Origin: Bacteriovoracia bacterium
GTDB lineage: Bacteria > Bdellovibrionota > Bacteriovoracia > Bacteriovoracales > Bacteriovoracaceae
Direction of reading: 5' to 3'
Length of the DNA stretch: 64,000 bases
Assembly: GCA_046570105.1 (NCBI GenBank)
Contig: JBKHVI010000006.1
Coordinates: 19,347 to 83,346 of the forward strand
A program made the position numbers and the translations under genes. The notes below the pieces were generated by a model that did not search any database, was not told where the DNA came from, and saw only the letters and a list, made by a program, of their open reading frames with translations. Shown in pieces: positions 19,530 to 28,955 of the stretch. The first letter of the stretch is position 1, and every line of letters begins with the position of its first letter.

Positions 19530-20675
19530 CTAATCCTTAAGTGCATCTTGGAGTAAGTTTTTAGCGATGATCATAATCATGACTTCGTTAGTGCCGGCCC
19601 CAATTTCCATCAATTTGTTATCACGCATGAGTCGCTCAAGTGGAAACTCGCGAGAGTAGCCATAGCCACCATGAAGCTGAATGGCGTCGAGTGCAATTTT
19701 TGTCGCCATCTTCGGCAATTGCAATTTCACCATAGAAGCGAGTTGGTTTGACTTGTGGCCATGATCGTACTCGTAACAAACAGTGTAGAGTAGGCGGCGC
19801 ATAGTTTCAGTTTCGGTCGCCATTTCGGCGATCATCTTTTGAATCATTTGGAAATGCGCAAGATTTTTGCCAAATTGTTTTCTCTCGCCAGCATACTTCA
19901 CACACTGATCGACACAGGCCTGGGCAATACCAAGAGAAATACCTGCGATAGTGATGCGTTCAAGTTCCAAGTTCTTCATCATGTGAATGACAGAGTCACC
20001 TTCAGCACCCACACGAGCACTCAAAGGAACTTTACAGTTTTGGAAAGCGAGCTCTGCTGTAGGAGAGGTGCGCATTCCCATTTTATGAATTTCTTTAGAA
20101 ACCGAAAAACCAGGCGCGGTTTTCTCAACGATAAAAGTGGTGAGATCTTTTTTGCCAGCCCCTGTGCGGGTATAGAGGTATGTCACGTCGGCCATATTGC
20201 CGTTGGTGATCCACATTTTTGAACCGTTGATGATGTAATGATCACCCGTTTTGACAGCTTTAGTTTGCATGCCGACCGCATCTGAACCAAAACCGGGCTC
20301 TGACATGCCCATACAACCGATGTGCTCGCCACTGATGAGTTTAGGCAAGTACTGCGCTTTGTGTTCTTCTGAAGCATTTTTGTCGATGTTGTTAACGCAT
20401 AAGATGCTGTGGGCCAAATAGGAGAGTGTGGTGCCGGGGTCGGCCTTGCCAAATTCTTCCATGACAATCGTAGCTGCCGTTGCACCTAGGCCTGCGCCTC
20501 CGTATTCCGGATCCGCTGTGATGCCGAGTACTCCTAAATCGCCCATGCCTTTAAAAGCTTTGAGATTAAATTTTTCTTCTGTGTCGAGCTTTTCAGCTAC
20601 CGGTGCAATTTCCGCGCGCGCAAAGTCGCGACAGGTTTTTTGTAACTCACGTTCTTCAGAGGTGAAAAACCACAT
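19530..20675 (-). CDS. Acyl-CoA dehydrogenase (isovaleryl-CoA dehydrogenase-like)
   Basis: MGMSEPGFGSD, LELERI, EIGAGTNEV (IVD-type). Confidence 0.92.
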   Translation of the reverse strand: MWFFTSEERELQKTCRDFARAEIAPVAEKLDTEEKFNLKAFKGMGDLGVLGITADPEYGGAGLGATAATIVMEEFGKADPGTTLSYLAHSILCVNNIDKNASEEHKAQYLPKLISGEHIGCMGMSEPGFGSDAVGMQTKAVKTGDHYIINGSKMWITNGNMADVTYLYTRTGAGKKDLTTFIVEKTAPGFSVSKEIHKMGMRTSPTAELAFQNCKVPLSARVGAEGDSVIHMMKNLELERITIAGISLGIAQACVDQCVKYAGERKQFGKNLAHFQMIQKMIAEMATETETMRRLLYTVCYEYDHGHKSNQLASMVKLQLPKMATKIALDAIQLHGGYGYSREFPLERLMRDNKLMEIGAGTNEVMIMIIAKNLLQDALKD

Positions 20676-20813
20676 AAGCTAAGATCCTTATCTAGGGGAA
20701 TGAGAGGCTAAAGCTTACAGGAAAAATCGGTCTTTGCAAAATGAACGCCTCGTGAATTTTGCTCCCCAGGCCGTAGAAGTGTAGACTAGAATATAACTAT
20801 TAAGGGCGGCTAA

Positions 20814-22580
20814 TTGGACATTTCGTTAACTCCAGCAGAAATTAAAGAAACGGAAAATGTTTTCCCAGGGGAGAACTGGTTCTGTTATTGGCGCACGTCA
20901 GCGGCGTTATGGGAGTCAAAGCTGGCTTCACTTAACGCTCACGGGACGCCTATTTTCATTCCTATTTACTGGGGATTTCATTCGGAGAATTCGGAAACAT
21001 TTGATTTTGGTGAACAAAAACCGGAAGCAGATCTAGGTCGTCTCCACAAGGCCATACAGAAAGCTGGTTGTGACGCGATTTGGCTTATGCCATTGACGCC
21101 CGTTCCATTTATGCCCAATGGTGGTCTGCCATCTTTCATCGCGCGTCATCCTTCTCATGACGTCAATGGTATGACTCAAGCCTTCCTGGATACCGATGGC
21201 AGTATCAATAAAATCCATTCTTTTTATGACCCACGTGTCTATCAGGCCTTTCGCAAATGGGCGTGGCAGTTGGGACAAACATTAACGCAAAAAAGTGTGG
21301 CGGCTCCGATCAAGGGTTTGCGTGCGTACTGGGTCGGTCCTTTAGCAGCTCATTCTTACTTAGAAGATCATTCACCGACTTTTTTGGCGGGACTCACGCG
21401 CTATTTGAAACAACAGAAATTAGCTGTGCGCATGAATGATGATGGAATTGAAGTACCTCATTTGCCACCAGCAGAAGAAAAAATACACACTGCTCGTTAT
21501 CGTAAATTAATTGCTGATCTTTATTCACAAACAGCTTCTGAGTCTTTGGCGGGCCATTGGATTGGAGAGCAAGACTACGCTTTCTTAGGTGGCGCTCCTC
21601 AAGATATTTTTCCACGCTCATCGGAAGTTTGGAATCATCAGACAGAGCTCATGCAAGATTTGTGGACTCAGCTGGAATGGAATTTACTACCATCCAGCGT
21701 ACTGCTTCCTTCGCGATCTAAGAAAGGTGTCATCAGTAAATTTTTAAAAGATCATCTAACGCCTTCTTATCTACGACAAGCTCTTCAGCACCAAGTGGCC
21801 GAAGAGGAAGAAGCAGGTAATTTCTCTCCACTGGTTTTCTTTGACTTTTTTTGGGACGACGATTTGGCACAAGATGCTCCTCATCGTCTGAATGAGATAG
21901 GTCTCTTGCCTCATGTTGATAAAGAGTTTCATGGTTGTTGGCGATGGCGTGGCCGTTTCAACTACGATCGCGAGACGGAAGAAGGCCATACTGAGCGTTT
22001 GAAGTTTTTCTTTGGTCAACAGATGGATCGCACACGCTTTCAACAAGTCTTGCGGCTATTTTTAAATGGTCAGCGGATCATTCTTGATCGCGCTGGGCTC
22101 GAGCCTGTACTTGAAAAGAAGTTACAAATTTTCATCACTGAGAATGAGTTAAAGACACAAGATATTAACTTCCTCACTCAAATCTCGTTGATTCGTTTGG
22201 GTGATGGAATGCTGATGATTTATGATAGCCGGGCCCTTGCGGAGCATCCGATTGCAAAAAAAGTGGGCTTCTGGGAGCACGTGACGAAGTATCTCAATCT
22301 TAAGCACCTCGTACTCAAAGGCGAAAATTCGTCATTTTATACTTGGAAAACCAGAACGACGGGAACCTACGAATTAAATTACAACGAAGTTCGACGTCTC
22401 TCGATTTATAATCCTACGCCTCATCGCATTCGCTGTCAGGTGCCTGGCTCTAAGTTATTTGCCTTCTTAAAAGTTGTTGATCCCATTCAGGCCCAGGCGA
22501 AAAGTACGCCGATGGGTGTAGAAATTGAAGTGATGACCCAAGGTTCGATTAGCCTCGACTTCGGTCACTTTGAAGGATGA
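20814..22580 (+). CDS. Hypothetical protein with divergent GH35 beta-galactosidase-like N-terminus
   Basis: YWR...WESKL...IYWGFH...FDF...DLGRL...NGGLPSF; TTG start. Confidence 0.65.
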   Translation: MDISLTPAEIKETENVFPGENWFCYWRTSAALWESKLASLNAHGTPIFIPIYWGFHSENSETFDFGEQKPEADLGRLHKAIQKAGCDAIWLMPLTPVPFMPNGGLPSFIARHPSHDVNGMTQAFLDTDGSINKIHSFYDPRVYQAFRKWAWQLGQTLTQKSVAAPIKGLRAYWVGPLAAHSYLEDHSPTFLAGLTRYLKQQKLAVRMNDDGIEVPHLPPAEEKIHTARYRKLIADLYSQTASESLAGHWIGEQDYAFLGGAPQDIFPRSSEVWNHQTELMQDLWTQLEWNLLPSSVLLPSRSKKGVISKFLKDHLTPSYLRQALQHQVAEEEEAGNFSPLVFFDFFWDDDLAQDAPHRLNEIGLLPHVDKEFHGCWRWRGRFNYDRETEEGHTERLKFFFGQQMDRTRFQQVLRLFLNGQRIILDRAGLEPVLEKKLQIFITENELKTQDINFLTQISLIRLGDGMLMIYDSRALAEHPIAKKVGFWEHVTKYLNLKHLVLKGENSSFYTWKTRTTGTYELNYNEVRRLSIYNPTPHRIRCQVPGSKLFAFLKVVDPIQAQAKSTPMGVEIEVMTQGSISLDFGHFEG

Positions 22581-23005
22581 GTATGAAGGAAGGATTAGCA
22601 CTTAATCTGATTTATAAGTTTGGCCACGACGTCAGCAGTGAGTTTCCTGATTTGGCCGGCCGCTACAGTGTTATTTATTTTTTCTCGGAAGCAGGTCCCG
22701 TTGCCCATGAAATTCAAGATGAAGTGGCGCAGAAAATTTTTGGCAAAAGTGTTGGGCAGCCACCGATGTTTTCTTCCCTCGATGATCTCAAGGATTTTGC
22801 CATGTCGGTCACGCAGGCGCTCAAGGCCCCTGAGGTTTTTATTCTTTCAGTGCAGGACTATAACGTGGGAGTAGAAGCGACTCGTGATGTACGAGCATTT
22901 CGTGAGCTCTATCGTCGCTATGGTTTGAACCTAGCGAACCCCGATATTATTAATCGGGGTCCAGGTCTATTTGGAAAATTCTTTAATTCGAATCGTAAAG
23001 GTTAG
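22577..23005 (+). CDS. Hypothetical protein with C-terminal amphipathic segment
   Basis: ATGA overlap with the upstream gene; ends GPGLFGKFFNSNRKG. Confidence 0.7.
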   Translation: MSMKEGLALNLIYKFGHDVSSEFPDLAGRYSVIYFFSEAGPVAHEIQDEVAQKIFGKSVGQPPMFSSLDDLKDFAMSVTQALKAPEVFILSVQDYNVGVEATRDVRAFRELYRRYGLNLANPDIINRGPGLFGKFFNSNRKG

Positions 23006-23409
23006 TGAATCTCACTACCGTCTACCGTCTCATCTTCTGAGATAGTTGTGCGATTGCCACAAAACCAAAATGTTATGGGTGACTGATTTGACCAGTAGGC
23101 GACTTCAGGTTTTTTACGAGCATTCGTGACGTAACGAACGAAACTCTCATCACCGCCATCAGTAATGCCCACTTCGTAACCAGTGATGGCACCATTGCGG
23201 TAGCGCGCAGTAACGGATTCAATTTCAACAGGAAAACTGGGCATCAAAGACTCACGGTAGTGAGAGAGGATGAGGCCAAACTGACGGTAAGTCGCTGAAG
23301 TGATTTCGAGAGATTTTTTTCCAGGACCCAAGGCCTTTCTGACGTTCTTTGGACAGGCTGCGATTACGCTCGTGCTTACGAGTAGGCACAGAAGGATAAC
23401 AATCTTCAT
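23002..23409 (-). CDS. Secreted hypothetical protein
   Basis: Signal peptide MKIVILLCLLVSTSVIA; AAGGAG SD. Confidence 0.75.
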   Translation of the reverse strand: MKIVILLCLLVSTSVIAACPKNVRKALGPGKKSLEITSATYRQFGLILSHYRESLMPSFPVEIESVTARYRNGAITGYEVGITDGGDESFVRYVTNARKKPEVAYWSNQSPITFWFCGNRTTISEDETVDGSEIH

Positions 23410-23526
23410 GGGATAAACTCCTTAAATAGTGTGAATAGGGAATATCGAGAAGCCGTTAACCTGTCTGCCTCTCCGGGTAATTATTCCATGCTGGACGGAT
23501 GCAGTTCATGGGCCTATCTTGGGCCC

Positions 23527-24627
23527 ATGCTAGCCTCATTTTTTGACTTAACCTTAGCTGACCTCAACACGCTTTTAACTGAGCGTGGGTTGAATAAATT
23601 TGCCAGCTCACAAGTCTTTGATTGGGTTTATAAAAAGGGTGTGCGCGATCCTCAACTGATGAGCAATATCAGTAAAGATACCCGCGAATGGTTAGCTTCC
23701 ACGCTCGATTTTAGTTTGCCAAAAATTGTCTGGCAGGGTCTCTCTAAAGATGGCACTCGTAAATTTTTGATTGGCTTTAGAGATCAACAAACGGTCGAAA
23801 CCGTTGCCATTCCAGCGCGCGATCGACTCACTCTTTGTGTCTCATCACAAGTGGGCTGTGCCATTGGTTGTACTTTCTGTCATACCGCAACTCAGGGCCT
23901 CAAGCGTCATCTCAAACCTTCCGAAGTCGTAGGCCAGTTTCTCGCCGTTCAAGAGTGGTTAGCACAAAACGTTCACGTAGAAGAGAAGCTCACAAATATC
24001 GTTTATATGGGCCAAGGTGAACCGCTTCATAATTACGATAATATCAAGAAAGCCACTGAGATTTTCCTCGAGCCCAAAGGCATGGGACTAGGTCAGCGCC
24101 GAATTACTCTCTCTACATCTGGACTGGTTCCAGCGATACAGAAACTCATCGATTTTCCACCAGTTAATATTGCCATCTCTTTGCATGCCGCTCACAACAA
24201 TGTGCGCACAGAATTGATGCCCATTAACAAGGTCTATGATCTCGACAGATTGTTTGCTGCTATCAAAACGATTCCGCTCAAAGCGCATCGTCGTATTACT
24301 TACGAATATCTTTTGATTGATGGTCTCAACGACGGACCGGCCGATGTGGCAGGACTCGTGGGCCTGTTGCCGAAAGGTGAGAGTAAAGTGAATCTCATTC
24401 CTTTCAATGAATATCCTGGCTCAAAATACAAAAGACCGTCTGAAAAGACGGTCTATTGGTTTATGCAAGAATTAGAATCTCAAGGTGTCACTTGTACCGT
24501 TCGCACCACCAAAGGCACGGATATCTTGGCCGCCTGTGGGCAGCTCAAAAGTGCTTACGAAGACGGCTCCCTTAATTTGTGGGAGATTCCTCGTAGCGCC
24601 AGTACTTCATCGGCTGCTCTTCCTTAG
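23527..24627 (+). CDS. rlmN: Dual-specificity rRNA/tRNA m2A methyltransferase (radical SAM)
   Basis: CVSSQVGCAIGCTFC, YMGQGEP, ISLHA, AACGQL; start moved to MLASFFDL. Confidence 0.95.
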   Translation: MLASFFDLTLADLNTLLTERGLNKFASSQVFDWVYKKGVRDPQLMSNISKDTREWLASTLDFSLPKIVWQGLSKDGTRKFLIGFRDQQTVETVAIPARDRLTLCVSSQVGCAIGCTFCHTATQGLKRHLKPSEVVGQFLAVQEWLAQNVHVEEKLTNIVYMGQGEPLHNYDNIKKATEIFLEPKGMGLGQRRITLSTSGLVPAIQKLIDFPPVNIAISLHAAHNNVRTELMPINKVYDLDRLFAAIKTIPLKAHRRITYEYLLIDGLNDGPADVAGLVGLLPKGESKVNLIPFNEYPGSKYKRPSEKTVYWFMQELESQGVTCTVRTTKGTDILAACGQLKSAYEDGSLNLWEIPRSASTSSAALP

Positions 24628-24811
24628 GCTCACTCGCCATATCACGGTCAGCTTCTTCAGCTACACCACGTTGACGAACTTTTTGAGCACTCGGTTCTTC
24701 ATGCTTTTGCTGAAGAGCATCGTCGATAGATTCGGCGACCACCGGATGCGCAGCATAAGAAGCCGTGAACCAGATCAGACCTGCTAGTACCATCAAATTT
24801 TTCCAAATCAT
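24572..24811 (-). CDS. Small secreted protein overlapping the rlmN 3' end
   Basis: Signal peptide ending ASYA; AAGGA SD; contains RGVA(E)/RDMASE motifs. Confidence 0.65.
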   Translation of the reverse strand: MIWKNLMVLAGLIWFTASYAAHPVVAESIDDALQQKHEEPSAQKVRQRGVAEEADRDMASEPKEEQPMKYWRYEESPTN

Positions 24812-24848
24812 GGGAATTCCTTGGTTTACCCCATAGGGTCTATCTTAC

Positions 24849-24875
24849 TTATCGGTCGCTCCCTCAAAAGCTAAA
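24849..24875 (-). promoter_or_regulatory. Putative sigma28/FliA promoter for the small secreted protein
   Basis: Minus strand TTTAGCTT-N11-ACCGATAA. Confidence 0.5.
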
Positions 24876-25010
24876 ATCATGTTTATTTAAGGGGTTAGGC
24901 AGAAATGACAGAAGTTGTCATAGACTGTCAGGAAATACTTCGAGACAACCTGAAATCATATAAGCCAAAATCACCCCTCATCATTAGAAAGCCTAATACT
25001 TCGAGGTTGC

Positions 25011-26336
25011 ATGCGTTTATCGCTAACGATCGCTTTGCTACTGATCTCCGGTTTGGCCGAAGCGGCTATCAAAAGCTACTTCAACAACCGTGAAGGCGTG
25101 AGCTACATGGATCCCTATCGCCAAGTCATGCGCTCAGGCGATGATCTCGAGGCCGTGATTTTGCAAGAAATCGAAGGCGCTCGTTCCACCATTTTTTTGG
25201 CCGTTCAAGAAATCCGTTTGCCTAACGTGGCAAAAAAACTGGTTGAGAAATATCGCCAGGGACTTGATGTTCGTATCGTTTTAGAAAATAGCTACAATCA
25301 CAATGTGCTCGCTCAACCTGACGCTCCTGAGGGCGAAGATCCAGACTCACACGACTCAACTCGTTTCCGCGATCTGGTGGCTCTCGTTGATATGAATAAC
25401 GATGGCAAAATCACACGTGCAGAGATGCTTGAGCGTGACGCTGTTTTTATTCTTCAACAGGCCAAGCTTCCCATGATTGATGATACCGAAGATGGTTCGA
25501 TTGGCTCAGGTCTGATGCACCATAAATTTATGGTGATCGATGGGAAACGTGTGCTTTTGAGTTCTGCGAATTTTACTCCTAGCTGTGTTCATGGAGATGT
25601 GCTGGCTGCGCGCTCACGTGGTAATGCTAATGGCCTGATGACTGTGGGCTCGGTTCCTTTGGCGAAAATTTTTGCTGAAGAATTTGATCATATGTGGTCG
25701 GCTCGCTTTGGCATGAAAAAACCATTCCGTGGTGCTCGCACCGTTTCAGTGGGTGGAAAAAAAATCACTGTGCAGTTCTCACCCTCAACACGCAACGTTG
25801 ATTGGTCGATGACGACGAATGGTTTAATCGCTAAGACCTTAACAGCTGCTAAAACTTCTATCGAGGCTTCGTTGTTTGTTTTCTCTGAACAAAAACTAGC
25901 TGATGCCATGAAGAAGGCCGCTCATCGTGCGGATATCGAAGTTCTGGTGGAACGTAAGTTTGCTTATCGTTCCTACAGCGAGGTGCTTGATCTTTTAGGT
26001 GTCGAGCTTCCTGATGCTCGTTGTGTCATTGAGCCAGGTAACGCGCCTTGGCGTCCTGCTATTGAAAAAGCCGGAGTTACCACACTCGCAAATGGAGATG
26101 TGTTGCATCACAAGTTTGGTGTGGTTGATCAACGTAAAGTCATCTTCGGCTCTCATAATTGGTCTGATGCTGCTAATGCGATCAATGATGAATTCTTAGT
26201 TGTGGTCGATGATACTTCCACGGCCAGTGAGTTTTCGCTTGAGCATCAACGTTTGGCCAAGCGCGCACAGTGGGGTGTTACCACCCGAATTAACCAAGAA
26301 ATTGAACGTATGTCTGAGTTCTGCTCTCCACTCTAA
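25011..26336 (+). CDS. Secreted phospholipase D-superfamily protein (two HKD motifs), ComA-like nuclease
   Basis: HHKFMVID..SANF and HHKFGVVD..GSHNW; signal peptide; EF-hand DMNNDGKITRAE. Confidence 0.88.
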   Translation: MRLSLTIALLLISGLAEAAIKSYFNNREGVSYMDPYRQVMRSGDDLEAVILQEIEGARSTIFLAVQEIRLPNVAKKLVEKYRQGLDVRIVLENSYNHNVLAQPDAPEGEDPDSHDSTRFRDLVALVDMNNDGKITRAEMLERDAVFILQQAKLPMIDDTEDGSIGSGLMHHKFMVIDGKRVLLSSANFTPSCVHGDVLAARSRGNANGLMTVGSVPLAKIFAEEFDHMWSARFGMKKPFRGARTVSVGGKKITVQFSPSTRNVDWSMTTNGLIAKTLTAAKTSIEASLFVFSEQKLADAMKKAAHRADIEVLVERKFAYRSYSEVLDLLGVELPDARCVIEPGNAPWRPAIEKAGVTTLANGDVLHHKFGVVDQRKVIFGSHNWSDAANAINDEFLVVVDDTSTASEFSLEHQRLAKRAQWGVTTRINQEIERMSEFCSPL

Positions 26337-26414
26337 CTCGCTCCATTCGCTTTCCCTTTCATCTGCTTGGTGGTTATACTTAAGCATCTGAAAAAACTTA
26401 GCGGAGGAGTTTTT

Positions 26415-27338
26415 GTGTCGCGCGAAAGATCCAAGGGTATTGTTGGTATTTTTGTTTTGATCACTGTGTTGTTCACGGTGTTCATGGGTTTTGCCTTCTA
26501 TACCATCGCTGGTTTAAAAGACACCTCTGACATTACTGCTAAGGCCATGAAAGGTGATGAGGACGGTCCGATTGCCGTGATCACCATTGAAGGCGCGATT
26601 ATGGAATCAAAGAAAGTCGTGCAACTCTTGCATGCCGCTGAAGAAGAAGAATCAATCAAGGCCATCTTGTTACGTATCGATAGTCCGGGGGGAGCTGTCG
26701 CCCCGACCCAAGAGATCTACGAAGAGATTCGTCGTATTGATGCAAAGAAGCCAATCTTCTCATCATTTGGAAGCCTTGCCGCTTCGGGTGGCTACTACAT
26801 CGGTGCGGCCACTCGTAAAATCTATGCCAGCCCAGGCACACTCACTGGCTCGATCGGTGTGATCATGCAGTTTGCTGATATGTCAGAGCTGTTTGCCTTC
26901 GCTAAATTTAAACCGGGTGTGATTAAGGCCGGTAAGTATAAAGATGTGGGCTCTCCTCATCGTCCGATGACAGAAGAAGAGAAAGGCATTTTGCATGCCA
27001 GCCTTCAGGTGACTCATAAGCAATTCATCAATGATATTTTGAAGACGCGTGAAGATCGTTTGAATAAAAAACCGGAAGAGTTTGCTCAAGGGCAGATCTT
27101 CAACGGCGAAGAGGCCCTCGCGATTGGTTTGGTCGATGAGCTTGCCGGTATGTGGGAAGCTGGCCGTCGTATTCACAAGGATCTGAAGTTGAAAGAGAAG
27201 CACGGACTTCGTTTCATCAAGCCGAAGAAAAAGAAAATGAGTTTTATGGATCTTCTGCAAGAAGGCGAAGAAGCGATTTCATTTATTAAAGAAAGTTTGG
27301 TTCGTCGTAGTGGACCGGCTTTTCTACTGACTTGGTAA
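26415..27338 (+). CDS. sppA: Signal peptide peptidase SppA (36K type, S49)
   Basis: RIDSPGG, AASGGYY, TGSIGV; GGAGGAG before GTG. Confidence 0.92.
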   Translation: MSRERSKGIVGIFVLITVLFTVFMGFAFYTIAGLKDTSDITAKAMKGDEDGPIAVITIEGAIMESKKVVQLLHAAEEEESIKAILLRIDSPGGAVAPTQEIYEEIRRIDAKKPIFSSFGSLAASGGYYIGAATRKIYASPGTLTGSIGVIMQFADMSELFAFAKFKPGVIKAGKYKDVGSPHRPMTEEEKGILHASLQVTHKQFINDILKTREDRLNKKPEEFAQGQIFNGEEALAIGLVDELAGMWEAGRRIHKDLKLKEKHGLRFIKPKKKKMSFMDLLQEGEEAISFIKESLVRRSGPAFLLTW

Positions 27339-27339
27339 G

Positions 27340-28575
27340 GTGCTGATGGATTGGCCGCTCGTTCTTGATTGGATTAAGGACAACCTCTTAACTGTTGCTG
27401 CTGTTGTGATCACGGGTGTTCTCATTTACCACTATGTAATTGAGCGTGATCGTGCCGTAAAACTATCTAAAAAATACCGTAACAGTATTTTTGAAGCTCA
27501 ATCGCGTATCTTTTTGAACGCCACTCAATACCTCATCTCAGGAAATAAAGATTTGGCGATCAAAGAATTTTTGAACGCCGTTGATCTTAATCGTGAAACG
27601 ATTGATACCTATTTCGCCTTGGGCGGGCTGTTCCGATCGAACGGAGAAGTCGAAAAAGCCATTTCCATTCACCGCTCACTGATCGCTCGCGAAAACATTT
27701 CAGAATCAACACGTTTGATGGCCTTGAAAGAGCTGGCAGTGGATTTCGATAAGGGTGGCTTTGTTGATAAGGCGATTGAAACCTATAAAGACGTTTTGAA
27801 AATTAATCGCGATCAGTACGATGTGATTCAAAATCTTTGTCGAATCTATGAAGACACGGAAGATTGGGATCAGGCCTATAACTATCGCATCATGCTTTCT
27901 AAAGTGGGTCATGAGAATCAGAGTGAGACTATCTCCCACATTCTCGTACAAAAAGCTAAGGCGCAATTTGAGAAGGGAAGCTTTCGTCAGGCCGTCGAGG
28001 ATCTCGACGATGCATTTCGTTTTGCACCTTCGGTGTCAGCTAAGATTTTGCGACTAAAATTGTTCTTAGTGCAAGGCCAGATGGAGGATGCCAACATCCT
28101 GCTTCTTGAACTCTTGAAAGAACATCCGATGTACTCATCTTTCTTGTTCGTTACTTTGGATGAGTTTCAAAAAAGTCTTCCCTATGCGACTGAATATTTT
28201 CAACGTCTCGATCAATTGAAGCAATCATTCCTGAATATGCAGGATGTGGATTTGATGAGCGCACCTTCGGTCATTCTTTCAAAGATTCGTTTGTTGAAAG
28301 CGGTCGAACGCTCTCAAGAGGCTTTTGAGCTTTTAGATAAATGGATGAAGACCCATGGTCAAAGTGATGTGCTTAAAATGGAGTACATCAAACTTCTGAT
28401 TGCCGTGGGAAGAAGCCAAGATGCTCTTGATCAAACTCAAGAACTTTTGAATACACTTCGCAGTTCTCTGACTCGTCACTTCTGTTCTCAGTGTGGCTAC
28501 AATTCGGATGAAATTTTCTGGCGTTGTCCGCAATGTCATAATTGGGAAACCATTCAATTTAGGTGGAAAGTGTGA
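27340..28575 (+). CDS. lapB: LPS assembly protein B-like (TM + TPR + rubredoxin)
   Basis: ALGGLFRSNGEVEKAISIH; C-terminal CSQCG..WRCPQCHNWET. Confidence 0.85.
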   Translation: MLMDWPLVLDWIKDNLLTVAAVVITGVLIYHYVIERDRAVKLSKKYRNSIFEAQSRIFLNATQYLISGNKDLAIKEFLNAVDLNRETIDTYFALGGLFRSNGEVEKAISIHRSLIARENISESTRLMALKELAVDFDKGGFVDKAIETYKDVLKINRDQYDVIQNLCRIYEDTEDWDQAYNYRIMLSKVGHENQSETISHILVQKAKAQFEKGSFRQAVEDLDDAFRFAPSVSAKILRLKLFLVQGQMEDANILLLELLKEHPMYSSFLFVTLDEFQKSLPYATEYFQRLDQLKQSFLNMQDVDLMSAPSVILSKIRLLKAVERSQEAFELLDKWMKTHGQSDVLKMEYIKLLIAVGRSQDALDQTQELLNTLRSSLTRHFCSQCGYNSDEIFWRCPQCHNWETIQFRWKV

Positions 28576-28955
28576 GGAGTGCACTCCTTGTGCTGTTATT
28601 TTCCGTTTCTGCTTGGGCGCAAGATAAAGCGGTGGGAGTTTTTTATTTTACTCCGATCTTGGGCCATGTTCACCAATCACCAGCGCGCACATCTCCTAGC
28701 CTGACGACGATTCAATGTGGTCATCCATTAAAAGTGATTGAAGATAGTAAGGTTATTATCGGTGAAGAGTGGTCGCTCGTAAGTGTTGCCGACTGGAAAG
28801 GCTTCGTTTGGAAAAAACATCTCGCGACTAAGAAGCCAGATTGTATCCAATCCAGATATCCCAAGTTTTTCGATGGGCTCTCTCTCGATCTCGCTGAATT
28901 ATATTACTGGGGTCGCTTACACGATCACTGGACTGAAGGGCAGGTGAGGCCATGA
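28572..28955 (+). CDS. Secreted hypothetical protein (SH3-like)
   Basis: Signal peptide ending SAWA; W..V....WKGFV pattern; start uncertain (28563/28572). Confidence 0.65.
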   Translation: MRSALLVLLFSVSAWAQDKAVGVFYFTPILGHVHQSPARTSPSLTTIQCGHPLKVIEDSKVIIGEEWSLVSVADWKGFVWKKHLATKKPDCIQSRYPKFFDGLSLDLAELYYWGRLHDHWTEGQVRP

